Assembly (NCBI GenBank): GCA_024346625.1
Contig: AP024665.1
Location: 1,364,001 to 1,428,000 of the forward strand
Length of the DNA: 64,000 bases
Source: Williopsis jadinii
Lineage: Eukaryota
Reading direction: 5' to 3'
Both the position numbers and the translations under genes were made by a program. Below are positions 1 through 11,793 of the stretch, in pieces. How positions within the stretch are numbered: the stretch's first letter is position 1; each line of letters begins with the position of its first letter. The notes beneath the pieces are model-generated. The model had not been told where the DNA came from. It ran no database searches and was given only the letters and a program-made list of their open reading frames with translations.

Positions 1-251
1 TCAATCAAGTTGGATACTCAAGGGACGATGAGCCAATTCCAAAGAGGCAAAAGATCACAGTTCCTACATTGCAGAGCTTACCAAGGGCATTGTCACGCCA
101 ACAGATCATTGCAAAGCATCAGACTGAGTTGGATGGACACCCTCAGAAGAAAATGCCATTGTCCTCAATCGACGTCAACTCCAATGTTCCCGATACTGAT
201 AGTAAAACTGCTCCACCCACTGAAACATCACAGCAAATGGAACTACACTAA
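1..251 (+). CDS. 3' end of a protein-coding gene entering from the left edge; tail weakly resembles kinesin-5 (Kip1/Cin8/BimC) C-terminus
   Basis: Frame 3 is open from base 3 (NQVGYSRDDEPIPKRQKITVPTLQSLPRALSRQQIIAK...QMELH) to TAA at 249-251, followed by an AT-rich TATA-like 3' region. Identity is tentative. Confidence 0.55.
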   Translation, partial: NQVGYSRDDEPIPKRQKITVPTLQSLPRALSRQQIIAKHQTELDGHPQKKMPLSSIDVNSNVPDTDSKTAPPTETSQQMELH

Positions 252-475
252 GAGTCGTGTGTATAAGAACTGAAATATATAACATGTACTATAAACGAAC
301 AGTATAAAAAGGAGGTTTGATTTAATGGGGAATAATCCTTACAATGGGCTCACACAGTTCAGCTCCGGACATAGCACTCGCGGCGTCGAGCATAGCGAAA
401 AACTTTTGATCTCTCAAGATGAGCCTCCTCCACCCTCTCCGCAGGGTCCAACACCACAGACAACCTTGGGCACGA

Positions 476-1615
476 ATGGTTGACCCTGATAGAGTTGCCA
501 CATCTATTATTGAAACCTTTAAGCGTTGTAAGAAAGGTACCCCCACTATACGGAAGCCGAGCAACGTTAGGGAATGGACAGTGTTATCGGGCATCGTTGT
601 TGTTGATAAGGATACTGATGAGTACCGCCCAGTTGTTGTGACCACTGGTGTCAAGGCGCTTCCTGATAAATTCTTGTCTAAGGTCCATGGGAAGGTTCTA
701 CACGACTGTCATGCGGAGATCTTAGCGTTAAGGGCATTCAACAAGTTTGTAGTTGAACAATGTCACAGCGACACTACTGGGTTTATCCAAAAGTGTGATT
801 CCACAGACAACGGCTGTTTCAAATTTCGGCTTAAAGAAGGGCTAAAGATAGTTCTTTATATCAGTGAACCGCCGTGTGGTGATTGTTCACTTGAGCTCTT
901 GTCCAACGATAGGGATAAGTGTAACGATAGTGATGTCAAATGGGATAAAGTCCATATCCTTGAAGGTGGTGTTGTTAGAGGTCGGGAATGTTTTGTGCTA
1001 AGGGGGAAAGTAAGGACTAAACCTGGTAGAAGGGACTCTCCGTTGACGTTGTCGAAGAGTTGTTCTGATAAACTCATTATGAAACAATACTGTGGAGTTT
1101 TAAATGCCCTTGTCAGTCAATTTGTCGATCCTTCGAACGCTTTCATCCATTCCGTGGTGCTGCCAAGGGACAGATGTAACGATGAAGCACTGTTTAGATG
1201 CTTTGATGGGAGACTCAAGCATGGGGCCCGTAGTTCCATCCACAAGTTTGCGACCCTAAAGACTTGCAAACGTCACGATTGGGAGAGGTTTGAAGAGGAT
1301 CAACCTCCTAGTAATTTGAGTCTTGTACACATTGAAGGTTGTCCTGATGAGGCCATTGATAATTTTGTTAAGAACGGTTTCTATTCAAAGAAGTGTCTCG
1401 TCAGACCCAGAGGTGAAAGCTGTCTCTCCAGGGTATCGTTATTCAAGAGGTGTAAACCGTTCCTCGCCTTGGACGAGACAGGGTGTACGACGTATATCGA
1501 AGTGAAGAGAAGAAACCTGGAGTACTATGCAAAGAGAGAGGTTGCGAAAAGAGACCTCGGGGCCTGGAATAGCACAAGTACTGATGACTTTGTTCTTGAT
1601 TTGTTAACGCCATAA
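476..1615 (+). CDS. TAD1: tRNA-specific adenosine deaminase 1 (A37 of tRNA-Ala; ADAT1 family)
   Basis: Motifs EWTVLSG, TGVK, HDCHAE (Zn ligand/catalytic Glu), PCGD, VRTKPGR and SKSCSDK. Start placed at ATG 476 (MVDPDRVA); the ATG at 419 is part of a GATGAG PAC-like element. Confidence 0.92.
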   Translation: MVDPDRVATSIIETFKRCKKGTPTIRKPSNVREWTVLSGIVVVDKDTDEYRPVVVTTGVKALPDKFLSKVHGKVLHDCHAEILALRAFNKFVVEQCHSDTTGFIQKCDSTDNGCFKFRLKEGLKIVLYISEPPCGDCSLELLSNDRDKCNDSDVKWDKVHILEGGVVRGRECFVLRGKVRTKPGRRDSPLTLSKSCSDKLIMKQYCGVLNALVSQFVDPSNAFIHSVVLPRDRCNDEALFRCFDGRLKHGARSSIHKFATLKTCKRHDWERFEEDQPPSNLSLVHIEGCPDEAIDNFVKNGFYSKKCLVRPRGESCLSRVSLFKRCKPFLALDETGCTTYIEVKRRNLEYYAKREVAKRDLGAWNSTSTDDFVLDLLTP

Positions 1616-2096
1616 GTCACTTTGGTTGCACACATCTCATCCCCGTGTAAAATTCCCCCATCTCTCAGAAAACCTACGGTATTAATATGCATGGAATGTT
1701 CTTAGGACTGCGTCAGTGTGCATAAACGAGACTAATAGTCCCTCCATGTGTTGTTTTTCTGTAGGGTTCGGAAACTGTGTGGGAATCAATGGGAGGTTGG
1801 TTGGTACTTGAGCTCTGGTTAATGGCTGTTAGTGTTCCATCTGGTGTCACTGTTCTGTCCGATGTCACTGTTCAATCTGGTGGCCTGTGTGAACCTGTTG
1901 TGTGTGGATGTCTTAGAGCGAGTGTATAGGAGCAAATACACACGAGCAATCATCCAAGAGCATTGGTGCTGCTCCACTTGCCGAGACATCCCTATGGCAA
2001 GCGTACGTAGCATGTGTAGACCACGCGTCACACCTCGAGTCCTTGTAATTAACGCATATGAGCATATGTTACACATGTCACATATAATCCCAGGGT

Positions 2097-2106
2097 CTAA
2101 TTATAG
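2097..2106. promoter_or_regulatory. Rlm1-type MADS-box site CTAATTATAG upstream of SKT5
   Basis: Exact match to CTA(W)4TAG. ACGCGT (2023-2028), ACGCGCGT (2379, 2409) and CACGAAA (2557) are in the same intergenic region. Confidence 0.4.
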
Positions 2107-2942
2107 CCCAGCACACAGGCAGACCACCCACGCTGCACCGGCTTGGTCCCATGGCACCATCAAAAGAAAAACACTTTATGCCATGAGTCAGTTGACGGCC
2201 AAACTAAACAAAACAACACAACTACTGGTAGATTCTAATACATTGTATGGCGTTAGTATCTCGTTAATATCGGAGTCTCTCACCCTCCCCCCTGCCCCCA
2301 CACACACACGATCTGCCTAATTTATGGACGACAACGGCCAATTTTCCCGTTTCCCGTTTTTCATTCCGCGTAGGAGACACGCGCGTTTGTCTCCGTGCAC
2401 ACACGAACACGCGCGTAGGGAGGAGCCAAAACAGAGCAGAAAGAAGAAAAAAGCGTCTCGAAGGGGAAGAGAAGCGCCAAAAGAGAAAAAACGCTGGTCT
2501 CTCACAGAGAGACTTTGGGCTTAAAATACCTTTCTACGAAAATTGCTGTAAACAACCACGAAACCGTAAATTCATAGGAAAAAGAAACAAGCAAAGAAGA
2601 ACAGGGACAAGACATAAAGCAAAAAAGGAGTTTTCTGTTGTTGTTGTTGATCTGTTCCAAGGAATTTCAGTACATCGATCCCTTCCTCCGTCACGTTCTT
2701 TGTGTTCCTCCCCCGCGTGTCGTGTCGTGTTTCTTCTCGTTTTGAGTCCATCGTATTTGAGCTCATCTTTCCTCACGTCTTCACAAATCTGTCTCGCTGA
2801 CCTCAGTGATTCCCACAAACCACGCCATTCTGTTCGAGAGCACTCCGGGCGGTTACTAACTAGCAGTGTTGTCAGTGCCGTTCCGTGCTAAGCAAAGTAG
2901 TTGCGCTGAGAAGAAGAGATTAGGACAGACACCAGCTGAAGC

Positions 2943-4931
2943 ATGTCAAACACACATTCCGTGCATCCTTACAGGGACGTCAACCTCATCCGCACAGGTC
3001 GACTAGACCATACAAATACCCCTGCACTTGGTCAATCGCATGCGTCCTCGTCGACAACGTCCGGGACAACTTATAGAAGTGCAAATCCGAGTATGCGAAA
3101 CTACGAGTCGTCTTTACAGGCTCCTGTTGAGAGCACCCATGTTGATCCGTATCCACAGTCACAAACTTTTAACGCCATGGCACAAAAGGAGCAGTCCCAG
3201 CACTACGGTGGCCGCGGCGGTCTCCCTGACGGCTTCCGTGACGGTGGTGACAGCAACAGAGATGTCTATGGAGTGAATGCACAGGCTTCACGTTTGCCGA
3301 ATCAACAGCATTATGTGGAGGACCAACAACAGTATGCTCCCCCGCCACCGCTCTCGATGGGTGTGTTGAAATCACAAACCTCTTCAACGGACTCGTTTCA
3401 GCGTAGCCATGGTGGTGACGTTGTTTTGAATGACCAGAGCTATCCACAACAGCCTAGAGCGCCAGATACACCTGTTGGTGCTCGCTCTTTCAGCATGCCC
3501 CTAGCGAGCACGCCAGATGGGACCTTTGTTAGGGAGAGCTCTCCAATGTCAACAAGTGGTACTGACTTGTCCTCACAAAATCAGCTGCAACATCAACAGG
3601 GTAAGCCATCCCATGCAAGAGGCTCCAAATCTGTTGACTTGTCACATCTATACCTATTGGACAGAAACGAATCAACACATTTCACCTTGACAAACGAAAG
3701 CATGTCTGACGTTTCACATAACTTAATCAAGCAGTACTTGGGTGAAAACTCACAGTCCTCCCTACTACCAAGGATGAAGACCATTGAAATGTACAGGAAA
3801 AACGTTAAGAAATCTAACGACCCAAAGGTTTTGTTCCAATATGCCCAATACATGTTACAAACTGCGTTGACGTTACAGCCCAGTGATGCTCCTGAGAACA
3901 GTGGTGATAAATCTTCAACAACGGAAAGGGATTTGAAGAAACAGTTCTTGAAAGAGGCAGTGCACTACTTGAAGAAATTATCGGATAAGGGCTATACAGA
4001 TGCACAATACTTACTTGCAGATGCTTATAGTTCAGGTGCTCTGGGGAAAGTTGATAACAAAGAGGCTTTTGCGCTGTTTCAAGGTGCTGCAAAGCATGGT
4101 CATATAGAATCTGCGTACAGAACTGCATACTGCTATGAGGAAGGCTTAGGAACAACAAGGGATTCAAGAAGGGCTGTGGATTTCCTTAAATTTGCCGCAG
4201 CAAAGAACCATCCTGCTGCTATGTACAAATTGGGTATGTACTCTTTTTACTCCAAGATGGGATTTGCAGATAACACCAACGTTAAGAAAAGTGGTATCCA
4301 ATGGTTAACAAGAGCAGTTACAAGGGCAAATGAATTGACGAATGCAGCTCCTTATGAATTGGCAAAGATTCAAGACGCAGGGTTCCTAGATATCGTTATT
4401 CCTGACCATAAATATGCTATGGAGCTTTACGTTCAATCTGCATCCTTAGGACATGTAAAGTCCGCTGCCATATTGGGTAAAGCTTACGAAATGGGTGACG
4501 ATGTGGTGCCTCAGGACCCTGATCTTTCGATTCACTATTACTCCCAAGCAGCTCTGGGTGGTGATGCAGAATCAATGTTGGCACTCTGTGCGTGGTATCT
4601 AGTTGGGAATCCACCAAATTTACCAAAGGACGAGAACGAAGCCTTCCAATGGGCTTTAGCAGCTGCTAATTTGAAATTCACAAAGGCCCTCTACACTGTG
4701 GGACATTTCTACGAAAAGGGTATTGGGTGTGAAGCCAACTTAGAAACTGCTAAATCTTGGTACAAGATGGCTCGGGATAGAGGTGATGAAAAGGCTGCGA
4801 TCAAATTGCAAAAGTTGGGCTCATCAGAGAGTGCAACAGCAAATCAATCAAAATCGAACGGTAAGAAAGAAGATCCAAAGAGAAAGAAATCTAAAAAGGA
4901 TAAGAAGGATAAAGATTGTGTGATCATGTAA
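2943..4931 (+). CDS. SKT5: Chitin synthase III activator Chs4/Skt5 (Sel1-like repeats, prenylated)
   Basis: Low-complexity N-terminus, LLPRMKTIEMYRKNVKKS motif, several SEL1 repeats (DAQYLLADAY, ESAYRTAYCYEEGLG, AAPYELA, SMLALCAWYLVG), polybasic tail and CaaX box CVIM. Confidence 0.92.
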   Translation: MSNTHSVHPYRDVNLIRTGRLDHTNTPALGQSHASSSTTSGTTYRSANPSMRNYESSLQAPVESTHVDPYPQSQTFNAMAQKEQSQHYGGRGGLPDGFRDGGDSNRDVYGVNAQASRLPNQQHYVEDQQQYAPPPPLSMGVLKSQTSSTDSFQRSHGGDVVLNDQSYPQQPRAPDTPVGARSFSMPLASTPDGTFVRESSPMSTSGTDLSSQNQLQHQQGKPSHARGSKSVDLSHLYLLDRNESTHFTLTNESMSDVSHNLIKQYLGENSQSSLLPRMKTIEMYRKNVKKSNDPKVLFQYAQYMLQTALTLQPSDAPENSGDKSSTTERDLKKQFLKEAVHYLKKLSDKGYTDAQYLLADAYSSGALGKVDNKEAFALFQGAAKHGHIESAYRTAYCYEEGLGTTRDSRRAVDFLKFAAAKNHPAAMYKLGMYSFYSKMGFADNTNVKKSGIQWLTRAVTRANELTNAAPYELAKIQDAGFLDIVIPDHKYAMELYVQSASLGHVKSAAILGKAYEMGDDVVPQDPDLSIHYYSQAALGGDAESMLALCAWYLVGNPPNLPKDENEAFQWALAAANLKFTKALYTVGHFYEKGIGCEANLETAKSWYKMARDRGDEKAAIKLQKLGSSESATANQSKSNGKKEDPKRKKSKKDKKDKDCVIM

Positions 4932-5588
4932 AGATATCATCATGTCGACACCACACCGTTGATTTCGTTTTGCATAATTAGGTGTTATATTTTAATGTGA
5001 CGGGTTATATATAGTCTTGTGATAAAAGTACGGGTAAAACACTCTATGTATCCAAATACAGCTTCAGTGGTTTGAAGATTCACTGTATTCAAGTATAAAG
5101 CTGCTTAATTTAAGACGTTGATGCAACGCGTATAAGCTCAGAGGCGGAGGGTTGGTGTTCGGATGTTCTTGTTTTGGATTGAACATCATTGAATTCATAC
5201 ACCAACTTTGGCTAAGAAGGGCAAAAAGCCAATATCCTGTTAGCAAATGTTGAGACGAATATAAGCACTCATTTTTAATAGATCAATTGTCTTATTTCCT
5301 TGATAATTTATTGCTTAATTGATACACTCAACTCTTTTGTTTATATGAAAATTTAGCCTTCACTTGAAAAATTCCGATGTAAAATGAACTCGTATTCTTC
5401 CTCCAAACTAGAGGGGAAATACATTTATATTCGTTGTTTTCGAACATCATAATATTGATGGTTTTATCATATGAAAACCATATAATTACAATGGTATTAT
5501 GCTATGAAACCTGATTATTTAGCAGTTAAGTAATCAAATGCCAACTCCGTAGTACTCAGTGAGAACCCTCAGTCAAAATTCCGAAGAT

Positions 5589-5673
5589 GAAGCGGTGGCT
5601 CAATGGTAGAGCTTTCGACTCCAGTTGGAATAGTGCAATCGAAGGGTTGCAGGTTCAATTCCTGTCCGTTTCA
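5589..5673 (+). tRNA. tRNA-Trp(CCA) with 13-nt intron (5625-5637)
   Basis: GAAGCGG acceptor stem, A box TGGCTCAATGG, anticodon stem TTCGA/TCGAA with CCA at 5621-5623, B box GGTTCAATTCC, T-run terminator. Exons are nearly identical to yeast tRNA-Trp. Confidence 0.96.
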
Positions 5674-5700
5674 TTCTTTTTGTTTTTTGGTAAACGCCAG

Positions 5701-5710
5701 GTCACGTGAC
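5701..5710. promoter_or_regulatory. Palindromic Cbf1/bHLH site GTCACGTGAC upstream of LSM1
   Basis: Perfect RTCACGTG E-box about 200 bp upstream of the LSM1 ATG. Confidence 0.45.
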
Positions 5711-5905
5711 GTATTTGAAAACACTAATGGGGAAATATTCGCGGGAAATTAGTCCAGCGAAGTTCAATGCTCTTGTGGTGGGTACTTCATCTTGGATGAA
5801 TTGAGCAAAACGGATAAGTTGTAATCGACACAAGTATCCCTGTATTATACTTCATATATACAACTGCTTTGGCTGTTAGATATAGTTTCCGATAGTTGCA
5901 AAAAC

Positions 5906-6479
5906 ATGAGTTCAGAGGATAAAACACCAGAGGTTGAACAACAAAAGAAGCAAGAGCCAGAAGGAGAAGTTAGTGGGTTAGTATTGGAAAACTATTCCTT
6001 CACCACTGCTGCTGCTATTGTCGGTTATGTCGACCGTAAGTACATGTCTATGAGTATCCTGAACATACAGGGAAGAATCTTTCATCTTTTTGAATCAAAC
6101 TAATCCGGCTCGTCGCTGTATAGGTAAAGTGTGTGTAATGATGACCGATGGACGTCAACTGTTTGGGGTCCTGAGAGTATTTGACCAATACGGAAGTATT
6201 GTCATCCAAGATACCTTTGAGAGAATATACCTCCCTGATAACCGTTATGGTGAGGAGTACATTGGTGACTTACTAATCCGTGGTGAGAATTTGTTGATGA
6301 TCGGGGATTTGGACATTGACAAAGAGGATGAACCAATTGATAAACTTGAGAGAATACCATTTGATGATGCCAAAAGAGAGCAGAAACAGATAAGTGTAAA
6401 CGCTGTGAAGATTCACAAGCACAAATCTAGCAGTCTCCATAAGTATGGTAAAGTTACAGAGTCCTTTGTGGAATTCTAA
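5906..6479 (+). CDS. LSM1: Lsm1 Sm-like mRNA decay protein; exons 5906-6035 and 6124-6479 (161 aa)
   Basis: Intron 6036-6123 (GTAAGT, branch AACTAAT, TAG). Splicing gives FTTAAAIVGYVDRKVCVMMTDGRQLFGVLRVFDQYG...IRGENL, the Lsm1 Sm fold. Confidence 0.92.
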
Positions 6480-6587
6480 TCGTCACTTTGAAAAAGCTTT
6501 TCTTGTCTTTATGTCTTATAATACATCATCGAGTATAGAAACGTATCATTTAGTTGATTTTATACATAGGCTGGAAACCAGCACAGC

Positions 6588-7913
6588 TTAGAGCTTTAAC
6601 AATCTCTCTCTGTTTCCCTCTACGGAGTTATAAAACTCGTTGATCATATCTGCCTTCTTACACTCTGCTTTACCGAGTTGATCCAAGTGAGCTTCATCTG
6701 GGCCATCCGCAATTCTACACATTCTTGCGTATATCCAAAGCCTTGTTAGTGGTGTGTCTTGAGACACACCTTCACCTCCGTAGACCTGGACAGCCCAATC
6801 GATAATCTCCAGAACAGTTCTTGGGGCGTCAATCTTGGCCAAAGCAATCTCTCGCTTTGCATCTTTAGCACCCTTTTGATCAATTGCCAACGCTGCCTGT
6901 AGAACCAACAGCTTAACCCTCTCCAGTGAGATTCTTCTCTCCGCAACGTTGGAGATGAATGCCTCCTTCTTCAAGAACAGTTGACCAAAGATCTTGCGGT
7001 ATGAGGCACGCTTGACAGCCTGCTGTATAGCCTCTTCGCCCATGCCGATAATTCTCATGCAGTGGTGGATTCTACCAGGGCCCAATCTGCTCTGGATCAG
7101 CTTAAAGCCTTCCCCTTCACTGTCCAACACGTCATACGGGACCCGAAGACCCTTAAACTCGATCTCACAATGCCCGTGAGGAGCATCGTCAAAGCCAAAC
7201 ACCTCAAGCGGGCGCACAACACGCACCTTGTCCGCCTGCTTCAGTGCCTCCTTCGTGTCAATAACCAGCACTGAGTGACGCTTATAAGGGTCCTTGTTCT
7301 CCGGGTTCGTTAAGGCCATAACAAGCCACACAGAACACCGTGGATCGCCCGCACCTGACGCAAACCATTTGGTTCCATGGAGCTCAACTTCACCGTTCCC
7401 AACTTTCCTAGCGCTCAGGGAAATGTTGAGCGCATTGGAAGACGAGACGCCCTTCTCAGTCATGAGAAACGCAGAGCGTAGATCACCGTTCATCAACGGT
7501 TTCAACCACCTTTCTCTCTGCGCCTGAGTCGCATACTTAACAAACAGCTCCATGTTCCCAGTATCTGGGGCGCTTGTGTTGGTGGCCTCTGGGGCGGTAT
7601 GCGCTCTTCCCAAGAACTGAGCCATCAGGCCATACTCCAGGTTGGTGTAGCCTGGCCCTTCATCATAGCCGGCCAGGAACAAGTTCCACAGCCCCAGTTC
7701 CTTTGCCCTTGCTTTCAAAGTCTCGATGATTGGCGGCACGGACTTCCAGCGCAGCGCTGGGTCCGACGACACCTGTGAGAAGTATATCTCATCTGCTGGA
7801 ATACAGTCCTGCTCGACAAACTGTTTCACCCTTTCCAGGGTTGCCCACGCCCTTGGCGATATCTTATCCTTCACAATCTGTGGAATGTAGTGCTCCAGCG
7901 GTAACACAGCCAT
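6588..7913 (-). CDS. Acyl-CoA dehydrogenase, ACAD10/ACAD11-type, probably peroxisomal
   Basis: Motifs LGLWNLFL, APDTGNME, SAFLMTE, KWFASGAGDP, DDAPHGH, QSRLGPGRIHHCMR, QVYGGEG, RIADGPDEAH. Ends in -LKL (PTS1-like). Confidence 0.9.
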   Translation of the reverse strand: MAVLPLEHYIPQIVKDKISPRAWATLERVKQFVEQDCIPADEIYFSQVSSDPALRWKSVPPIIETLKARAKELGLWNLFLAGYDEGPGYTNLEYGLMAQFLGRAHTAPEATNTSAPDTGNMELFVKYATQAQRERWLKPLMNGDLRSAFLMTEKGVSSSNALNISLSARKVGNGEVELHGTKWFASGAGDPRCSVWLVMALTNPENKDPYKRHSVLVIDTKEALKQADKVRVVRPLEVFGFDDAPHGHCEIEFKGLRVPYDVLDSEGEGFKLIQSRLGPGRIHHCMRIIGMGEEAIQQAVKRASYRKIFGQLFLKKEAFISNVAERRISLERVKLLVLQAALAIDQKGAKDAKREIALAKIDAPRTVLEIIDWAVQVYGGEGVSQDTPLTRLWIYARMCRIADGPDEAHLDQLGKAECKKADMINEFYNSVEGNRERLLKL

Positions 7914-8396
7914 AGTGGAAGCAACGCTAGATCAATTGAGAGCGGACACAACGAGAGCAAACAGCGACAGCACAACACAATACACCCGATCAGCTGAAGG
8001 ATCACCTCCTTTTATATCCCAACAAACAACTTCAGCCCAGCGTAACGCTACCTCACACACCAACAAAAGCCAGGTGGGAAGTCAGCTGTTGATCATGGAC
8101 TCGCCCATTTAACCGCTGCTTTATTCGGCGTTGCTCCGTCATTTCCCCCTCCTCCTCCAAAGTGCTCCACTCCGTTGCTGTGGTACAATCAACTTGTTTA
8201 CTCCAGCGTGGATGCTTAGAGCTGAGCTGGGAGCTTTGCGGGGTAAGGCCTCCAGGCACAAATGCTCCCCCAATAAAACCTGACGCTTTGTCTTCGTTGT
8301 TGGTCAGAGCTCGAGAAACCTCGGCTGTTTGGAAAGCCCCCAATGGGGAAATATTCGCGGCGCTTGTTTTTGTGGCCATCAAACGAGTTCGCGGGA

Positions 8397-9586
<1,190 letters not shown>

Positions 9587-9720
9587 TGTAACAGTCATAA
9601 TGAAAGAAAAAAAAGCTGTTAAACATCAATACATGTATCAAAGATCCTTCTTCTCTCAATTCAATTGCTTTATTTATTCATTTTATATAAAACACACACG
9701 CACACACACCATGACGGAGC

Positions 9721-10887
9721 CTATCTTGGACCAAGTTTTACCAAGGCTTGAGCTCCACTTTCTTCCCATTCTTGTTTAGAGATCCACATGTGATCTTTAT
9801 CAGCCATGATGTTAGCCAAAACAGCACCACCGATGAAAACCATGTGTCGTCTTCTTGGTGGATCCTCGATTCTAACTTTGAACTTGTCCAATCTGGAAGG
9901 GTCGCCATGAAGCACTCTTGTGAGCCATAGCTGTTTCAACTCTTTCTCTAATCTTGAAGGCAAACCCGGATACATAGAGGAGCCACCGGAAAGGACAATG
10001 GCTTTATAAAGGGAAGATCTCACGTCGAGATCGGCACTTTGGATGGTGTTGAATAATAATTCACCCATACCTGGCTGTTCACAGTCAACCAAGTTTGGCT
10101 GGAAGAGACACTCTGGGGCCTCGAATCTTTCAGAGCCAACTCTAATGACACGTCCATCTGGCAATTCATAGTTTTCAACAAGAGTTGTCGTATCACGGGA
10201 CAGCTTGGCATCGAGTTCCAGGTCGTAGGAGACATAGCACAGTTTCTCCTTGATCTGACGAACCGTTTCGAAATCCGCAGTTCTGTTGAAGGCGTAGCCC
10301 CTTCTCGAGAGCAAGTCGATCAAGTGTCTCGTAACGTCTCTACCGGCAACGTCCAGTCTTCTTGTGAGATGGTTCAGAACAACGGACTCGTACACCGGGA
10401 TCACATGGGTAACACCGTCACCGGAATCAACGACAACTCCAGAGCTCAAACCTTGGGCATACAGCGCCAAAACTGCCTGGATGGCAACGTACACGCCGCC
10501 GAACTGGTACTTCTCAAACATCATATCACACATCTTCTCTCTGTTCTTCAAAGGGTTCATCGGAGGCTCGGTCAACAGCACCTTCTTACCTCTCGTGTCC
10601 TCTTGGAGACGCTCGTAGAAGGCATAGTCCCACAGGTGCTCCATATCCTCCCAGTTCCGGATGATACCGTTCTCCATAGGGTACGAGATCTGCAGCGAGG
10701 AGCGCACTGCACTCGCCTCATCACCACACATGATGTCCTTGATCTCAACGTCCCCCGTTCTCTCCTCAGCACGCAGAATAGGACGCCCAACAATCGAAGG
10801 GAACGTGTGTTCTGGGAAGTTGTTACCGGCATGTCCTATCTTCACAAACCCGGTACCTTGGTCTAACACAATAGGTGGTGCATTCAT
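9721..10887 (-). CDS. ARP2: Actin-related protein 2 (Arp2/3 complex)
   Basis: [58 protein letters not shown]; 388 aa. Confidence 0.97.
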   Translation of the reverse strand: MNAPPIVLDQGTGFVKIGHAGNNFPEHTFPSIVGRPILRAEERTGDVEIKDIMCGDEASAVRSSLQISYPMENGIIRNWEDMEHLWDYAFYERLQEDTRGKKVLLTEPPMNPLKNREKMCDMMFEKYQFGGVYVAIQAVLALYAQGLSSGVVVDSGDGVTHVIPVYESVVLNHLTRRLDVAGRDVTRHLIDLLSRRGYAFNRTADFETVRQIKEKLCYVSYDLELDAKLSRDTTTLVENYELPDGRVIRVGSERFEAPECLFQPNLVDCEQPGMGELLFNTIQSADLDVRSSLYKAIVLSGGSSMYPGLPSRLEKELKQLWLTRVLHGDPSRLDKFKVRIEDPPRRRHMVFIGGAVLANIMADKDHMWISKQEWEESGAQALVKLGPR

Positions 10888-11793
10888 CGTTCTTCTTTAC
10901 CGGTTCCTCGTCGAATTGAGCTCAATTGGCCTGACTAATACCCTGGAACTCAGCAGCGAGGTGAAGTTTACTTCGCTGGTAGAAAACAGTAAGAGAGAGA
11001 GAGAGAGAACGGAGCCCCTGCCCTCGCACGCCGATTACCGCGGGAGGTGTAGGAGAAGAGTGGTACGGGACACACTGGTATACAGGTGCTATTCTTCAGT
11101 ATGGGAATATTGGAATTGGAGAGATGCTAGCAAGGGTGGGCAATCGGTATTCAAATGCCTTCAAAGTGGATTAGCTGGTGGTGAACACTTTGAATAAGAG
11201 CTGTGCCAAGTATGAGCGTGCATTGGGGACTACTTCCTGAGATATTGCCACCCATACATTTGTATGGTATCGTCAAACAAAAGAAGGCATAGATTCGCTT
11301 ATATGCCTACAACAGAACATAATGAGGACATTCTGGCGGGCCAGGCTGTAGAGCTGATCTATATCGTCATGTATATCGACTCTGAGCCTGATTGGATGGT
11401 GGTTGTTCCGAAGCAGTTCTGCCGTGTTGCTCCTTTGCTTCAATTCTGGTTCTTCGTTACCCCGGAGACTGTAAAGGCATAAACATGCCTCCACAGTACA
11501 CGAAGGATATCATGCTGGGGCCAATCACAGCCAAATACTTTCGAGTAATCAGTACAATTCTTTCGTTGTCATTGGCCGGAGCGAACAGTACTGGTGGTAC
11601 CGAGGTGGAGCTTACTCAATGGCCATCAACAGGCGATTATTCCATGGAGCTGATGGTGTGATGCCTCGAGACGATGGACAAGGGAGGTTTACAGAGATTT
11701 ATACGCTAGTTCCAGACTTGGCTACAGCTCGTCATCTCGAATCGCTTAGATGAGTTCCCAGCAAAGGGACCAAGCACTAAGGATCAACTTGTG

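Noticed and set aside
419..475. N-terminal extensions in the ORF track (TAD1 419, GCD14 8489, MET6 15591, OM45 26368, SET3 39923, TYW1 51428)
   Set aside because: Most begin at TTG/GTG or inside promoter motifs. Homology to the known proteins starts at the downstream ATG used in the feature list.
5250..5710. AT-rich tract plus GTCACGTGAC as a possible point centromere or tRNA-targeted LTR
   Set aside because: The CDEI-like site is not followed by a >90% AT CDEII or a CDEIII, and the tRNA gene intervenes. There is no TG...CA bounded element with a target-site duplication.
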